Assembly: GCA_013115125.1 (NCBI GenBank)
Contig: JABANN010000193.1
Location: forward strand, 1 to 54,827
Length of the DNA stretch: 54,827 nt
DNA from: Perkinsus olseni
Taxonomy: Eukaryota
Reading direction: 5' to 3'
Shown here: piece by piece, positions 11,108 through 23,473 of the stretch
How positions within the stretch are numbered: position 1 is the stretch's first letter
How the letters are laid out: every line of letters starts with the position of its first letter
Notes under the pieces: generated by a model
Told to the model about the DNA's origin: nothing
The model's database searches: none
Seen by the model: the letters and a program-made list of their open reading frames with translations, nothing else
Made by a program: the position numbers and the translations under genes

Positions 11108-12223
11108 TCAGGAAACGACATCGTCCAAGATCTCAGCCTTGCGGTATCTCAGCAGTTTATCAGCGAACTCATCATGAATTCCCATGCTGTTCAACAGTCG
11201 ACAAATTTCTTGCAGCTCATCCGTACCTGAAGCCGCAGGTCCACCGTATCCATTCTCGCCAAAGATGTTCAAGCACATAGGATGGTGATCACGAGTGAAG
11301 GACAATAGCTTACTGCAGCTCATAGTTGGCAATGCTTTCCGTAAGCCTGCTACGAGCCTTTTATGTATGAATCCGCACTTGATGAGGGCCCCTAGTATGC
11401 GGGCACAGTTTCTGCCCTTTATAGAGTGAACCTGCGAGGAACCGCTGGAGCACCATCCTAGTAAGGATATCGGACTGACGTTATTGTAAAGTTTGGGCGC
11501 TGCCACCTCGAAAAGCTTTTTGTGTTTCACGTTGGCCTCCGCGTACGCGACCCAAAGATTCTCCCATGCATACCTAAAGCGCATACGCGCGGTCGAGCAG
11601 AACAGCGGTGCAACGGTACACCTCACCAGTCGTTGGTAGCGTGGACGTTGCCAACACTACTCGCCAGCTTCCTTCTGTCACAGGACAAGTCGTCCGCGCA
11701 CGCCATGAGGAATCCTTCGTCGTTGCGGTGAGCTACGTGGACATAGCCGCTGATCAAGTGGGACAGGTCTACTGGTGTGAAGCGCGGTAGCCGCGGGGGA
11801 ACGAATGACTCGAGAAACGGGTAGCTGAGAAGGAGCTGATAGTGGCACCGTCCGAGCTGCCAACTCCTACACGTCGCTGTGGCCAAAGTTCATCTTGTTG
11901 AAGCCTCGCACGACTGCAGCGAATTGGTGCCCACTGAGAACATCGCCCATGGCCATCGACCTCGCAGCTACGCCGTTCCACATAGATGCGTCCATCACTT
12001 TCCGGGATACGGATCGCCTCACGAACGCTACCAATGCTTCGGGGTCTGACGGGAGCCCGGCTAGACCTATCGACCGTGTTATCCGAAGAGTTGGGGATAC
12101 CGTCATGGACAGTCGGGGCGGTGCTCTCAGAAAACTGTTGCCGACCAAGGAGAAAGGATACCCAGTGCCTCCCCTTCCGACTCGGCGATGTTCAGTCGAC
12201 GACACTAGACGCAAGGCACGCAT
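11108..12223 (-). CDS. Putative organelle-targeted helical-repeat RNA-binding protein (HPR/RAP/FASTK-like), multi-exon
   Basis: Basic, Arg/Ser-rich N-terminus (MRALRLVSS...), then repeats such as LPRFTPVDLSHLISGY, LWVAYAEANVKHKKLFE and CARILGALIKCGFIHKRLV; family call is by pattern only. Confidence 0.55.
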
Positions 12224-12357
12224 TGCGGCATAAGATCAATTGAAACCGTTCAATCCAGTCACAAAAGAAAAGGGGGGACGCTTATTAACGTTGTAGAGAC
12301 CACCTCTACCGGGGATGATCCGGCAAAGGCATAATTGAGAAACTGTCTCAGTCTTAT

Positions 12358-15300
12358 TTAGTTTTCCAGCATGGAGAAGAGCCCACTCCAGAATTCGTCC
12401 ATGGTGACGTCGGATTCGCGAGCATGCTCTACTGCGGTAGCGTTGCTGCGAATCGACTCCATCAATTGTGACAGTGAGCGTCCGATCTGAAGAGACGAGG
12501 GCTACAGCGAGGACTTGAGAGCGTCGACACTTACTGCGCTGAGTCTCTTCTCCACTCGCATACGTTCGAGGGTGTCGGCCCGGGACGCATCGGTGCTTCC
12601 TCCAGCACACGAGTAGAAGACAGAAGTCAGAAGCGACGAGCACGCCGAGGACACTCGCGCTTTAACGTCGTCGAAGCGAGTGATGAGGAAGTTCCATGCC
12701 ATGTCGCCCCCCTCAGAGGAGGAGGCCCGGACCGATCCCATGACTGTGTAGTAGTCCGAGGGTCGGACGATAGGGTTGAGGCTCCACTCGAGGGTGCGCT
12801 GCTTCAGCCGATTGTCCTTCACGTATCCCAGAGAAGCGTAGATGTCCACAACTTCCGTCTTAGTGACATCGTAGCGTTCCGCCCGCTCCTTGAGGGCAGT
12901 CCAGAAGTCTCCGCCGCCAGCCAGAGCCAGCTTGAGGACAGAGCGTCGGATATCAGCGGGAAGGGAGGAGGGGTCCTCGAGGTAGGCCTGAGCGCGCTGG
13001 CAGGCATTCTCGACCATCTCCTTGTTGGTGTGACAGTATTTACTGGCCAGATTGACGAGGGTGCTGCGGAGCTGTCTCGTCTTGGACTCGTCCGTAGGCT
13101 TGGAATCCCACCCGATGCGAGCTAGCGGGCCTTCAATCAACTCGGTAACCAACTTGTTCATCTCACTACCCCGACCGACCCCCTCGCAGATGATATCCAG
13201 AGCAGAGACGGTGATGGCGATCGCGTCCCAGACATCAGCGTCGCCTTCACTTTTGTAGAAGGTGAGCAGCTGGAGAGCCTCACACACAGTCAGGCGTTTT
13301 GCCTTAGCCAACGCTCGAGTAGTAGCAAGAAGCTGGATTTTGTCAGTTACCGGAAGGCTGCGGTGTGCTACCGCCTTAGCGAGAGCGCCCCTCATTTCCG
13401 GGCTAGCGTAGTGGACCCTGTAGGGCACCCAAGATCCGTAGTTCAAAGCAACCCACCTGGCGTTGCCGACATTAACGGTCTCAGACTTCTCACGCATCAT
13501 AGTTAGTCTGCCCATCTCGCCAGCCGGTGTTCTCTCATCACCAATGAGGATCGGCACCACCCACTTCTTCTCCTCGTCCCCCTCCTTCACCGAGCCATCG
13601 GATAGGAACCAACTTTGTGTGACTTTACAGTTACCATTGGAGTCACGAGGGCCGACCTCCAATACAGGATAACCCATCTGGTCCGTCCAGGAATCCATCA
13701 TCTCCTTCACGGGTTGACCGGACGCCTGAAGGCAGAAACAGCATACTATATGATGCGCCCTCTCGACAACCTCGTTGAAGCTACCTCCTCGAAGGCCTTC
13801 CACAAATCAGAAGTCTGCGTGTTTTTGTACTGATGACGGTCCATGTAGATTTGCACGCCTTTTTGGAATGCATCAGGTCCCAGGACCGCCCACAGAGTCC
13901 TCACGATAGCGCAGCCCTTCTCATAGGAAATAGCGTCAAAAACCTGTGGCCATGAGCGACTCCGCAGAGTACAGGAAAAGGGCACCGCCTACCTCATCAA
14001 CATCCTCAGCAGCGCTGATAGGGACCTTGATGGGGTGGCTCGACCTCATGCCGTCCAAGTGGAAGGCACTCTCCAAGTCAGAACTCACGTACCTGAGGAC
14101 AGCCTCTGTAGGCATCTTCGAAGCTCGTTACAGGCTGTTACATATTCCAGAGGCCCAGCTCGGGGAAGAGAGCATCGGCCGAGAGGTTCTCCATGAAGGT
14201 AGCGAAGCCTTCGTTAAGCCAGAGGTCATCCCACCACTCCATAGTGACGAGGTTGCCGAACCACTGATGGGCCAACTCGTGGCTGACTACTGTAGCGACA
14301 CGCTTACGTGTGCCGACCGAGACCTAAGTAAACACGCAATGCCCCTTGAGAGAGACCACGGATATCAGACGGGGAGGCGCCACGACCTACCTTGGCGGGA
14401 TCACAGAGGAGATCTACTTCTCGGAAAGTGACCAACCCCCAATTCTCCATGGCACCGCAGGCGAAGTCAGGGATGGCGACTAGGTCCAGCTTCGGCAAGG
14501 GGTAGGGGAGACCGAAGAACTTCTCGTACCTAGGCAGAAATAATGAGGAGGGCAGTGGCGCTCAACGGGGACGTACCACTCCAAAACGCGAGTGGCGACG
14601 TCCAGCGCGAAGTGGCACTGGTCCTTGCTGCCGGGAGTGGCCAGAACGCGGACCTGAGACTGGAAGGTCAGCGAGAGATCGGTCCAATTTTAACTTACGA
14701 GTGTACCACGCTTGGTGGCAGACTGCAGAAACTCGAACTCTCCAACAACGAGAGCCATCAGGTAAGGGCTCATCAAGGGGGACGGCATGAAAGTGACCTT
14801 TTGCATCAGTGAGCCGCTGTGCTCCGCAGGGAGGAGGGCTCTGGAGGCGTCGGGCATATTCGAGATCACCTGCATGGGTTGACGATATTCTTATCAATAT
14901 ACACCCATGAAGACCCAGAGAAGTCGCTCAGATAGGGAAGTGCGCTGTCGGTGATAACAGCGAAGACCTGGGAGCCATGGCCGCCTACCTGTCGGTGTGC
15001 CTCAGTGGTGACTGTTATACGGAATACAGCCTTGGCACCGGGTTCATCGATACAGGGGAAGGCTCTCCGTGCATCGATGGCTTCCATTTGAGTGCAAAGA
15101 AGATGCTTGGGCTTCCCGTATTGATCCACGTACCTGTGCGGAGCTCTCAGTGCGAAGATAAATGGAAGTTTCATCGGCCGTTCTCCACTCCGACCGACAC
15201 CCTCAGGCTCATTACGCTGAACGATAGAGGCCAGCCATCTGGTCGTTGAGGGTGCCAACATAATCGACGTTGAGAACTGCTGGGCCCGTCGGCAGCTCCG

Positions 15301-15638
15301 CTGTGAAGCAGAAAGTGCAAGTAGTGTTCTTCTCACTAACCGCGACAGAATCTGTATGGTAAGTCTTCCCGCTAGATGGACACTCGAGAGACACCTGATG
15401 ATCGCAAACCACTGCTCGCGACCACAACCACCCACAGGCAACACCCACTCACCCCAGCGCTGATGGCCAGCTCTTTGGCATGCAGTTTGATAACCTTAGT
15501 GGGTTCGGTGACATCCAGCGCTATCCTTGATGAGCCCTCGAAACGGAAGGTGTCGAAGTTGGGCTGCAGATGGATATCATATTCTCTGACGTGGACGTGA
15601 CTGTCGAGGAGGTTGCTGCTGCTGTTGTCGTCTGTCAT
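12358..15638 (-). CDS. M1 family (puromycin-sensitive-like) aminopeptidase, copy A, multi-exon
   Basis: [57 protein letters not shown]1-like C-terminal domain; ATG 15638; last exon IGRSLSQ...SMLEN, stop at 12358. Confidence 0.9.
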
Positions 15639-15754
15639 TCTATATTGAAAGGTGGAGTTCAGTAGGAGCTTACTGCGAGCTCGATAGAGGAGCGCCTGAA
15701 AGTAACCCGACGCCATTCGAATCAGAAACTAGGATTTAAGAATTGTGGAATGAC

Positions 15755-18700
15755 TCATAGCTCGGTCGCCAGCTGCTGCCAGTAGGAGTCCGTACCAAGT
15801 GGCGAGGCGGACGCCCTCTGGACAAGTCCTGCGTTGGATCGGATAGTCTCCGCTATCTGGGATACTGACCGGGATATCTGACAAGGAGGCCGAAATGGCA
15901 GTGCAACCGTTATCCTATATCAGGCCTCTCGAGGGTCATGCCAACGATTATTGGAGATTTTTTCCATGTTCGGACCGATTGTTCACTAATGTGAAGAAAA
16001 TGCAGTCTCAGTCGGATACAGCGTCTTCCAAGCCGAAATGAGAGCTTTCGATTACTGCCCGAGAGCAATCGCAACTCGCTCGCAACAAGAAATTACGGAA
16101 GGCGGGCCCTTCTCAAGTGGGCACCCTGTGTAATCTGCCCCATCATCAACGTCGCGCAGGAGTGCTCACGCTGACCTCGTGACCCATGGTACTACTTCTT
16201 TCAGGTTGTAATCAGCCGCCAGTTTCTCAACGCGCTCTGCCATCTCCTCCGTACAAGCATTCCTAGAGCAGCTCCCGATGACGGAGGCGAGGAGCGTGGA
16301 GCTCGCCGTGGCCACTCTTCCGTGGACAGCAGAAAAGTTGGTCTCTAGCCAGCTCCAGGCAAGGTCAGCGCCCCCTGTGGAGGAGATTCTGACGCTTGCC
16401 ATCGGGAAGAAGAAGTCTTGTGTCTTGACCGAGGGCGTCAAGCACCACTCCAACACTTTCCGCTTCAGAGGTACACTGGGGACGAACCTGTGAGGATATC
16501 AGTACGCTAGAAAGTGAAGAGATTCTATTCTCTCACCCAATGGCATGGTAGATATCTACACGCTCGGTCTGCGGTGTAGTCGGGTTTTCGGCTTTCTTCA
16601 GAAGCTGCCTCCAGAGCTCCTCACCCCTGGATGCATCCCCACCGGCTAACGCCAACTTGAATACGGATGGGCGAACGTCGTCAGCGACGCTCGCGTGATC
16701 ATCGAGGTAGTCCAAGGTCATCTCCACACAGGAGGCAGCAAGCTGTGAATCAGCCTGGCAGTAGACAGCGGCCAGAGAGGTGACAGCAGCTCTTAGTTGG
16801 CGATCCTTGGCCGTATCGCTGTCCTTGGTCCGCCATCCGCACTCAGCAAGCAGTGGACTGATGATACGACTGACAAGTCGCTTGAATGGCTCCTCCTTGC
16901 CGATGCCGGCGCAGACTAGGTGTAGAGCTGCTATAACCCTAACGAGGGCATCCCATACATCCGGGTCGGTCTCCTTCTTGTAGGCGACCAGAACCTTGGG
17001 CACTTCCTCGGGCTGCACTCGACCAGCCTTGCACAACGCCAGCGTATCGAAGGCAAAGTGAATTCTATTCGCGACGGGAATTTCCTTGGCACTGATCGCT
17101 CTCAGAATGGCCTCAACGTCATCATGACAAGTGTAGTGCACTCTGTAGGGGACCCAGGCTCCCCAGTTGAACAAGTGCCACTTGGAGTCACGTAGGTTGA
17201 TGGTAGCCTCGCGGTCCCTCAGAAGGGTTAGGCTTCCCAAAGATTCCGTCGGTGTGGAGTCATCACAAATGAGGATCGGCACCACCCACTTCTTCTCCTT
17301 GTCCCCCTCCTTTACCGAGCCATCGGATAGGAACCAACTTTGTGTGACTTTACAGTTACCATTGGAGTCACGAGGGCCGACCTTCAATACAGGATAACCC
17401 ATCTGGTCCGTCCAGGAATCCATCATCTCCTTCACGGGCTGACCGGATACCTAAGGCGCACATCCTCGAGCGTGCCCCGCTGGGGAGTGGCCTCCTACAT
17501 CTTCTACGGCTTCCCACAGGTCCTCCGTCGTCGCGTTGCCATACTGATGCTTCCTCATGTACAGCTGCAGGGCCTCCCGGAACTTCTTGCCGCCAACGAA
17601 GCTCCATAGAAGCCTCACAACCGCTGAGCCTTTCCGGTAGGATATGTAATCGAGAACCTCAGAAATGTAGCAAGCCTCAAGTGCGATGCGGGCGAAAGTT
17701 CTATTGCTGATGCCAAGTCACCCAGTCCCGCAGCAACCTATACTACCTGTTCAGCTTCGTCAGCGCTGTCTAGGTGGACAACGATAGGATGGCTCGATCT
17801 CAGACCGTCAACACTGAGAGCTCCCTCCAAGGTATCGGAAATATACCTGCTCGAAGTGTCCAGCTCCTCCCTCAAGAAGCCTCTTCCTAGGGCTCACATA
17901 TTCCACACTCCCAGCTCAGGCCGCAAGGCATCCGTACAGAGGTACTGCATGAAGGTAGCGAACCCCTCATTGAGCCAGAGCTCGTCCCACCAATGCATCG
18001 TAACTAGGTTGCCGAACCATTGGTGAGCCAACTCGTGCGCTACTACGGTAGCGACCCGGGTCATTCGAGCCACCGAAGCCTGAGACACACCAATTTCGCA
18101 AGGCGAGGGTACGGTACTACTTTTTCAGGATCGCAGAGCAGGTCGGTCTCCCTGTATGTGACCAGACCCCAGTTTTCCATAGCTCCCATGGCGAAGTCAG
18201 GGACGGCAATCATGTCCGTCTTAGGAAGGGCATAGCGTAGGCCGAAGAAATCCTCGTACCTGATGGCCGCGTAAAGACACTCTGGAGCCACCGAAATCTA
18301 CTACCATTCTATTGACTGGACACCGCAGTCAAGAGCGTAGTGCAGCAAGTCCTTCTTGCCCGGTGTGCATATGGCTCGAACCTAACACTTGGTGCTGATC
18401 ACAAGCGGATCGGAGACCATCTGGTTTACTAAGGTGCCGTTCTTCGTGGTAGCCTGCAGATACTCGAACTGGCCAATGCAGAAGGCAACCAAATAAGTAC
18501 TCATTCTGGGAGTGGGCATGAATTCGACTCTCTGGTATGGGATAGGGGCATCGGGGTTCCCCCCGTTGTAGAGGGTCCTGGACGCCTCTGGCATATTGGA
18601 AATGGCCTGAGCCAAGAGAAGGTCAGAGAGATGCCACAGTGAGCAGCTCGGTACCTGTAGGCGGGCATCGCAGGAGATGGTTATCCGAAACACAGCCTTG

Positions 18701-19354
18701 GCCTCAGGCTCATCGATGCAAGGGAAGGCCCGGCGAGCATGGATGAGAGCGAAAAACGTCGTTCCCATGTAGCGCTGCTTTCTAGCAAGGTCAGTGTAAC
18801 TGAGCACTGGATACTCGAGAGGTCGGGAAGCTGACCGCTAGGCGTGGTGCACCCTCTCACCTTGACCTGTAGAAACCTGCCATTTGGTCATTGATAGTTC
18901 CCACATAATCAACACTTAAAATGCCGAAGCCAGTGGGCAGCGCCTCAGCAAACTCGAAGTTCGCTACACTGGACTCCGGAAGTATCCGCACCGACATCGC
19001 TTCGATAGGCCCGGAACCGGAAGGAGTGAAAACAACCTGGCACCACGAACAGCGTCTTCCCAGCGGCTACAGTATGCGCACTGCTTCCGAGAATGATCTA
19101 TTTGACTTCACATTACGGTGTGGTCGTCACGAATAGACAAAATGCTCGGCCCACGCCCATACAGGACTGTCCAGTACTACCTTGGGCTCAAAAGCCAACT
19201 CTTTTGCGTGCAACTCTATAGTCTTCATAGGTTCCGAGACGGCTAGACAAATCTTCGATGAGCCCTCGAACTGGAACGTGTCCATGTTGGGCTTAATATG
19301 AATGTCGTATTCTTTCACGGCGATGTTCTTAGACAGAACGTCTGAGCCTGGCAT
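15755..19354 (-). CDS. M1 family aminopeptidase, copy B (divergent substrate pocket), multi-exon
   Basis: MPGSDVLSK start 19354; [26 protein letters not shown]; last exon [15 protein letters not shown]...LATEL, stop at 15755. Confidence 0.88.
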
Positions 19355-19677
19355 TGTAAAACAAAAAAATGATGAAAACTGATGACTGTGATGACGAAAA
19401 TCAAAATCTTGGGGAATCATAATTACGAGGATCTACATTAACCTCTTTTGACGGTGCAGTGTAGTTTCATTGCGTGCTGCTACTCATCACTCCGACCCCT
19501 CTGCGCAGATTAACTGAGAAGTAGTCAGGGTTTACAACCGAGCTCAGGATACACAATGACAGGCACTCTCTCGGTAACGCAATTCCTTACATGCCCGATG
19601 AAACCACACTATCGAACTCCTCACATGCGGAGCGGAAAATCACTACCAAGCCCCTCGTCGATCGGGGCCTGTGGGCT

Positions 19678-22600
19678 TCACAGGCCCTTCCAGAATTCGG
19701 GAGAAGCTATGGCGCTGGACTTGGCACGGACGACAAGAGCAGCGTTTGAGCGTATGTTCTCGACTATCTGCGATATGATGCGGGATATCTGAAAAATGCC
19801 ATGACGTCATGAATCTCGTAAAACCGAGACAGTGCTTACCGAAGTGAGCTCCTTCTCCTCGGCGAGTTTCTCCACATTATCGGCCATTTCGTAGGTGACC
19901 GAGCCTCTAGCGCAGCTCGAGACGACAGCCGCGAGCAGCGACGGGCTGGCTGTGGCGACACGACCCCTACAGGCGTCGAAGTTGGACAGAAGCCACTGCC
20001 AGGTCAATGGTCCGGCCTCTGCTGTGGAGCTTCGGACGCCTCCCATCGGATAGAAGAAATCTTGGGGCTTGATGAAGTTGGTAAGGCACATGTCTAGGGT
20101 GCGCTTCTTGAGGGCGGGGCTGGCGATATACCCGAGGCTGAGGTAAATGTCCATCCTGCAGCCTTGAGAGGTCTCGTATCTCTCAGCGGTTTTGATGAGC
20201 TCCTTCCACAACTCCTCTCCGACTGCGGGATCACTACCGGCCAAAGCCAACCGGAAGGCCGGAACTCTGACATCCTCGGCGAGGGAGTCGGGGTTCTCGA
20301 GGAAGCCGCGGGTCATCTCGGCGCATTTGGCGGCGAGAGATTTGTCAGATGAGCAGTGCTGCGACGCCAAACTGGCCAAGCAGGTTCGGAGTTGACGATC
20401 CTTCGGAGTCTCCCCGGCCCTCCTTTCCCAGCCGACCTTCTCTAACAAGGGAGTTATCATACCCGACACCAACTTGTCGAGTCCAGCAGTGCGGCCGAGG
20501 CCGGTGCAAATAGTGGACAGACCAGCGATGAGGTTGGAGAGGGCGTCCCAGACATCAGCGTCGGTCTCGTTCCTGTACGCCTTCAACACTCGAGGAGCAT
20601 CTTCGGGGCTGACGCGTCCGGCTTTAGTCAGGGCGAAGATATCACCCAAAAGGTTAACCCTGTTGGGGACGGGGACGGTCTTGTCGGTCACGCCGGCCAG
20701 AATCTTCGCATACTCCTCAGCGGAGGTGTAATGGACCCTGTAGGGCACCCACGCGCCGTAGTTGAGGAGAGCCCACCTGCCGTTGCCGACATTAATGGTC
20801 TCAGACTTCTCACGCATCATAGTTAGTCTGCCCATCTCACCAGCCGGTGTCTTCTCATCACCGACAAGGATCGGCACCACCCACTTCTTCTCCTCGTCCC
20901 CCTCCTTTACCGAGCCATCGGATAGGAACCAACTTTGTGTGACTTTACAGTTACCATTGGAGTCACGAGGGCCGACCTCCAAAACAGGATAACCCATCTG
21001 GTCCGTCCAGGAATCCATCATCTCCTTCACGGGCTGACCGGATGCCTGACCGTCCGCAAATATGGAGCCAAAGTATCCTGCGAAGCGCGTAACACTACCT
21101 TCTCCAGAGCCCTCCAGAGATCATCCGTAACAGAATTGCCGTACTGATGAGTCTTCATGTACTGGCGGACACCTTCGGTGAACTTGTCAGCTCCGACCAC
21201 CGCCCACAGCTGCCTCACAGCCGCGGAGCCCTTCATGTAAGAGATGGCATCGAAGACCTAGAAGGACTACCATCGAACGCCCCTACGTCGAAAACCATCA
21301 ACCTAACCTGCTCAACTTCCTCAGCCTTGTGGATCGGCACCACAATTGGGTGACTAGAGCGTAGACCGTCAAGGGCCAAGGCACGCTCAAAGGACTCGTG
21401 AATGTACCTGAGAGGAGGGACGATCATCCCAGCCAGAGTGCGTCGCTCCGCCCTACGAGTTCCACACACCCCAATCGGGGAAGAGAGCATCGGCGGAGGC
21501 GTACTGCATGAAGGTGGCAAAACCCTCATTGAGCCAGATACCATCCCACCACTCCATCGTAACGAGATTACCAAACCACTGGTGGGCCAACTCATGGGTC
21601 ACGACGGTCGCCAAGCGAGAGCGACGGTTGACGGAGACCTGTGAGCCCGACGATACGGCACAGAGAGAACAGCTAACGTGTAAGACGAAAAACCTCTGCA
21701 GTCGCTACTACCTTGTCAGCATCACAGAGGAGATCGATCTCTCTGTATGTGACCAGACCCCAGTTTTCCATGGCCCCCATGGCAAAGTCAGGGACGGCAA
21801 TCATGTCCAGCTTAGGCAGCGGGTAGTGAATTCCGAAAAAATCTTCGTACCTGAGTGACGGTATTGACGCCTAATGATGAAGGCGACCCACAGAGTCATT
21901 AGTCGTACCATTGGAGGCAGCGGATGCCCACGTCCAGAGCGAAGGTACACTGAGCTTGCTTTCCCGGAGTACAAAGGACGCGAACCTGAGGACGAGTGGT
22001 CGGGTATCAGTTAGGATGATAGATCGAATCACACCAGCGTTCCATTCTTAGTGGTGCCTTGGACGAACTCGAACTCGCCCACGCAGAACGCGACCAGGTA
22101 GGAGCTCATCTTAGGCGAAGGCATGAAGGAGACCGTCTGGTAGGCCACGGCCTTGTCAGCGCTGTTTTTGGTAAAAATGGTCCTGGACGACTCAGGCATA
22201 TTCGAGATGACCTGCCGAGACCTCCCCGATAGCGACCGTCGAGGATCCAGGTTCCCCAGCACCCACCTGCAGGTCAGCTTCGGTAGTGATAGTGACCTTA
22301 TAGACAGCTTTGCGTTCAGGCTCATCGACACAGGGGAATGCCCTCCTAGCATCGATGGCTTCCATCTGCGTGCTCAGCATGTACTTCTTCTTACCGAACT
22401 GGTCGATGTACCTGAGGTTGCCGCTACACTGTTGAAAGAGGAGAATGGATGAGGCCTACCCAGATCTGTAGAAGCCAGCCATCTGGTCGTTGAGAGTCCC
22501 GACATATTCAATGGCCAACTCTCCCTCGCCAGGCTGAAGCTCCTCCGGGAACTCGAATGTGCATTCCGTGGCGGCCTTCGAGACGCTCACTGAGGAGGCG

Positions 22601-23266
22601 GTGACGGATGAACCGCCAGAGGGAGTATAGGTAACCTGCGGAGCCGCCATGCAAGCACCCTGGTCAAGTAGACCCGTTGAGCGCTATGCCGCACCTTGGG
22701 GTCAATAGCAAGCTCCTTGGCGTGTAGTTTGATAACCTTGGACGGCTTGGTGACAGCCAAAGATATCTTAGATTCGCCTTGGAAGCGAAAAGTGTCGAAG
22801 CTCGGCTTCAAGTGGATGTCGTATTGACGAACATCGATGTTGTCCGGCAGCACATAGCGAGATGGAGTAGACATGGATGAACGACAAGCTGCCGATACCT
22901 ACAAGCCACACCACTCAACTGAGGCCTAGCCGGGCGGACCATTGAGAGAACTGCCAAGAAGAGCCACTCCAGATCACGGCCGCCGGTCAATTCCGAACAG
23001 ACTATGTATTGTGCGGCGGAATTTGGAGCACTCTCTTCGCAACACCGTCCCTTAATAACGCCAACCACATCACAAACATGCCGTACTGCATCGGATGTGC
23101 TGCTACAGAAGCCTCTCGGTTGCTGGCTCCAAGCCGCCTCCAAGAAGAACGATGTCGGTAGCTGTCTTCGGCTGGTCTGTGCAGCACCGGCGAGCGTCGC
23201 TAAGCTCTTGCTGATCGATGGGTGACACAGTAGGCCTCCTATTCGTCGGCTGGCCAATACCGACAT
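19678..23266 (-). CDS. M1 family aminopeptidase, copy C, with probable upstream transit-peptide exon (core starts at ATG 22874)
   Basis: [38 protein letters not shown]; last exon ends EFWKGL, stop at 19678; acceptor at ~22899 puts VSAACRSS in frame ahead of [10 protein letters not shown]. Confidence 0.88.
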
Positions 23267-23473
23267 TCGTAAAGAGGATGCTGCCAAGAGATTCTCCCAA
23301 CCTCCATTGAAGCGACTAACTCGACCCATGCTCGTCATACACTTGAGAAACTCGGTAGCACAAGGTGTTTACCGGCGCACACTACAGTGTGGCCGAAGGT
23401 TGGTGATTCAATCTGGGTAGTAGCAACAAGCCGACAACTCACTACGTCCTCGTAAAGGGACGAGTGATGGCGT

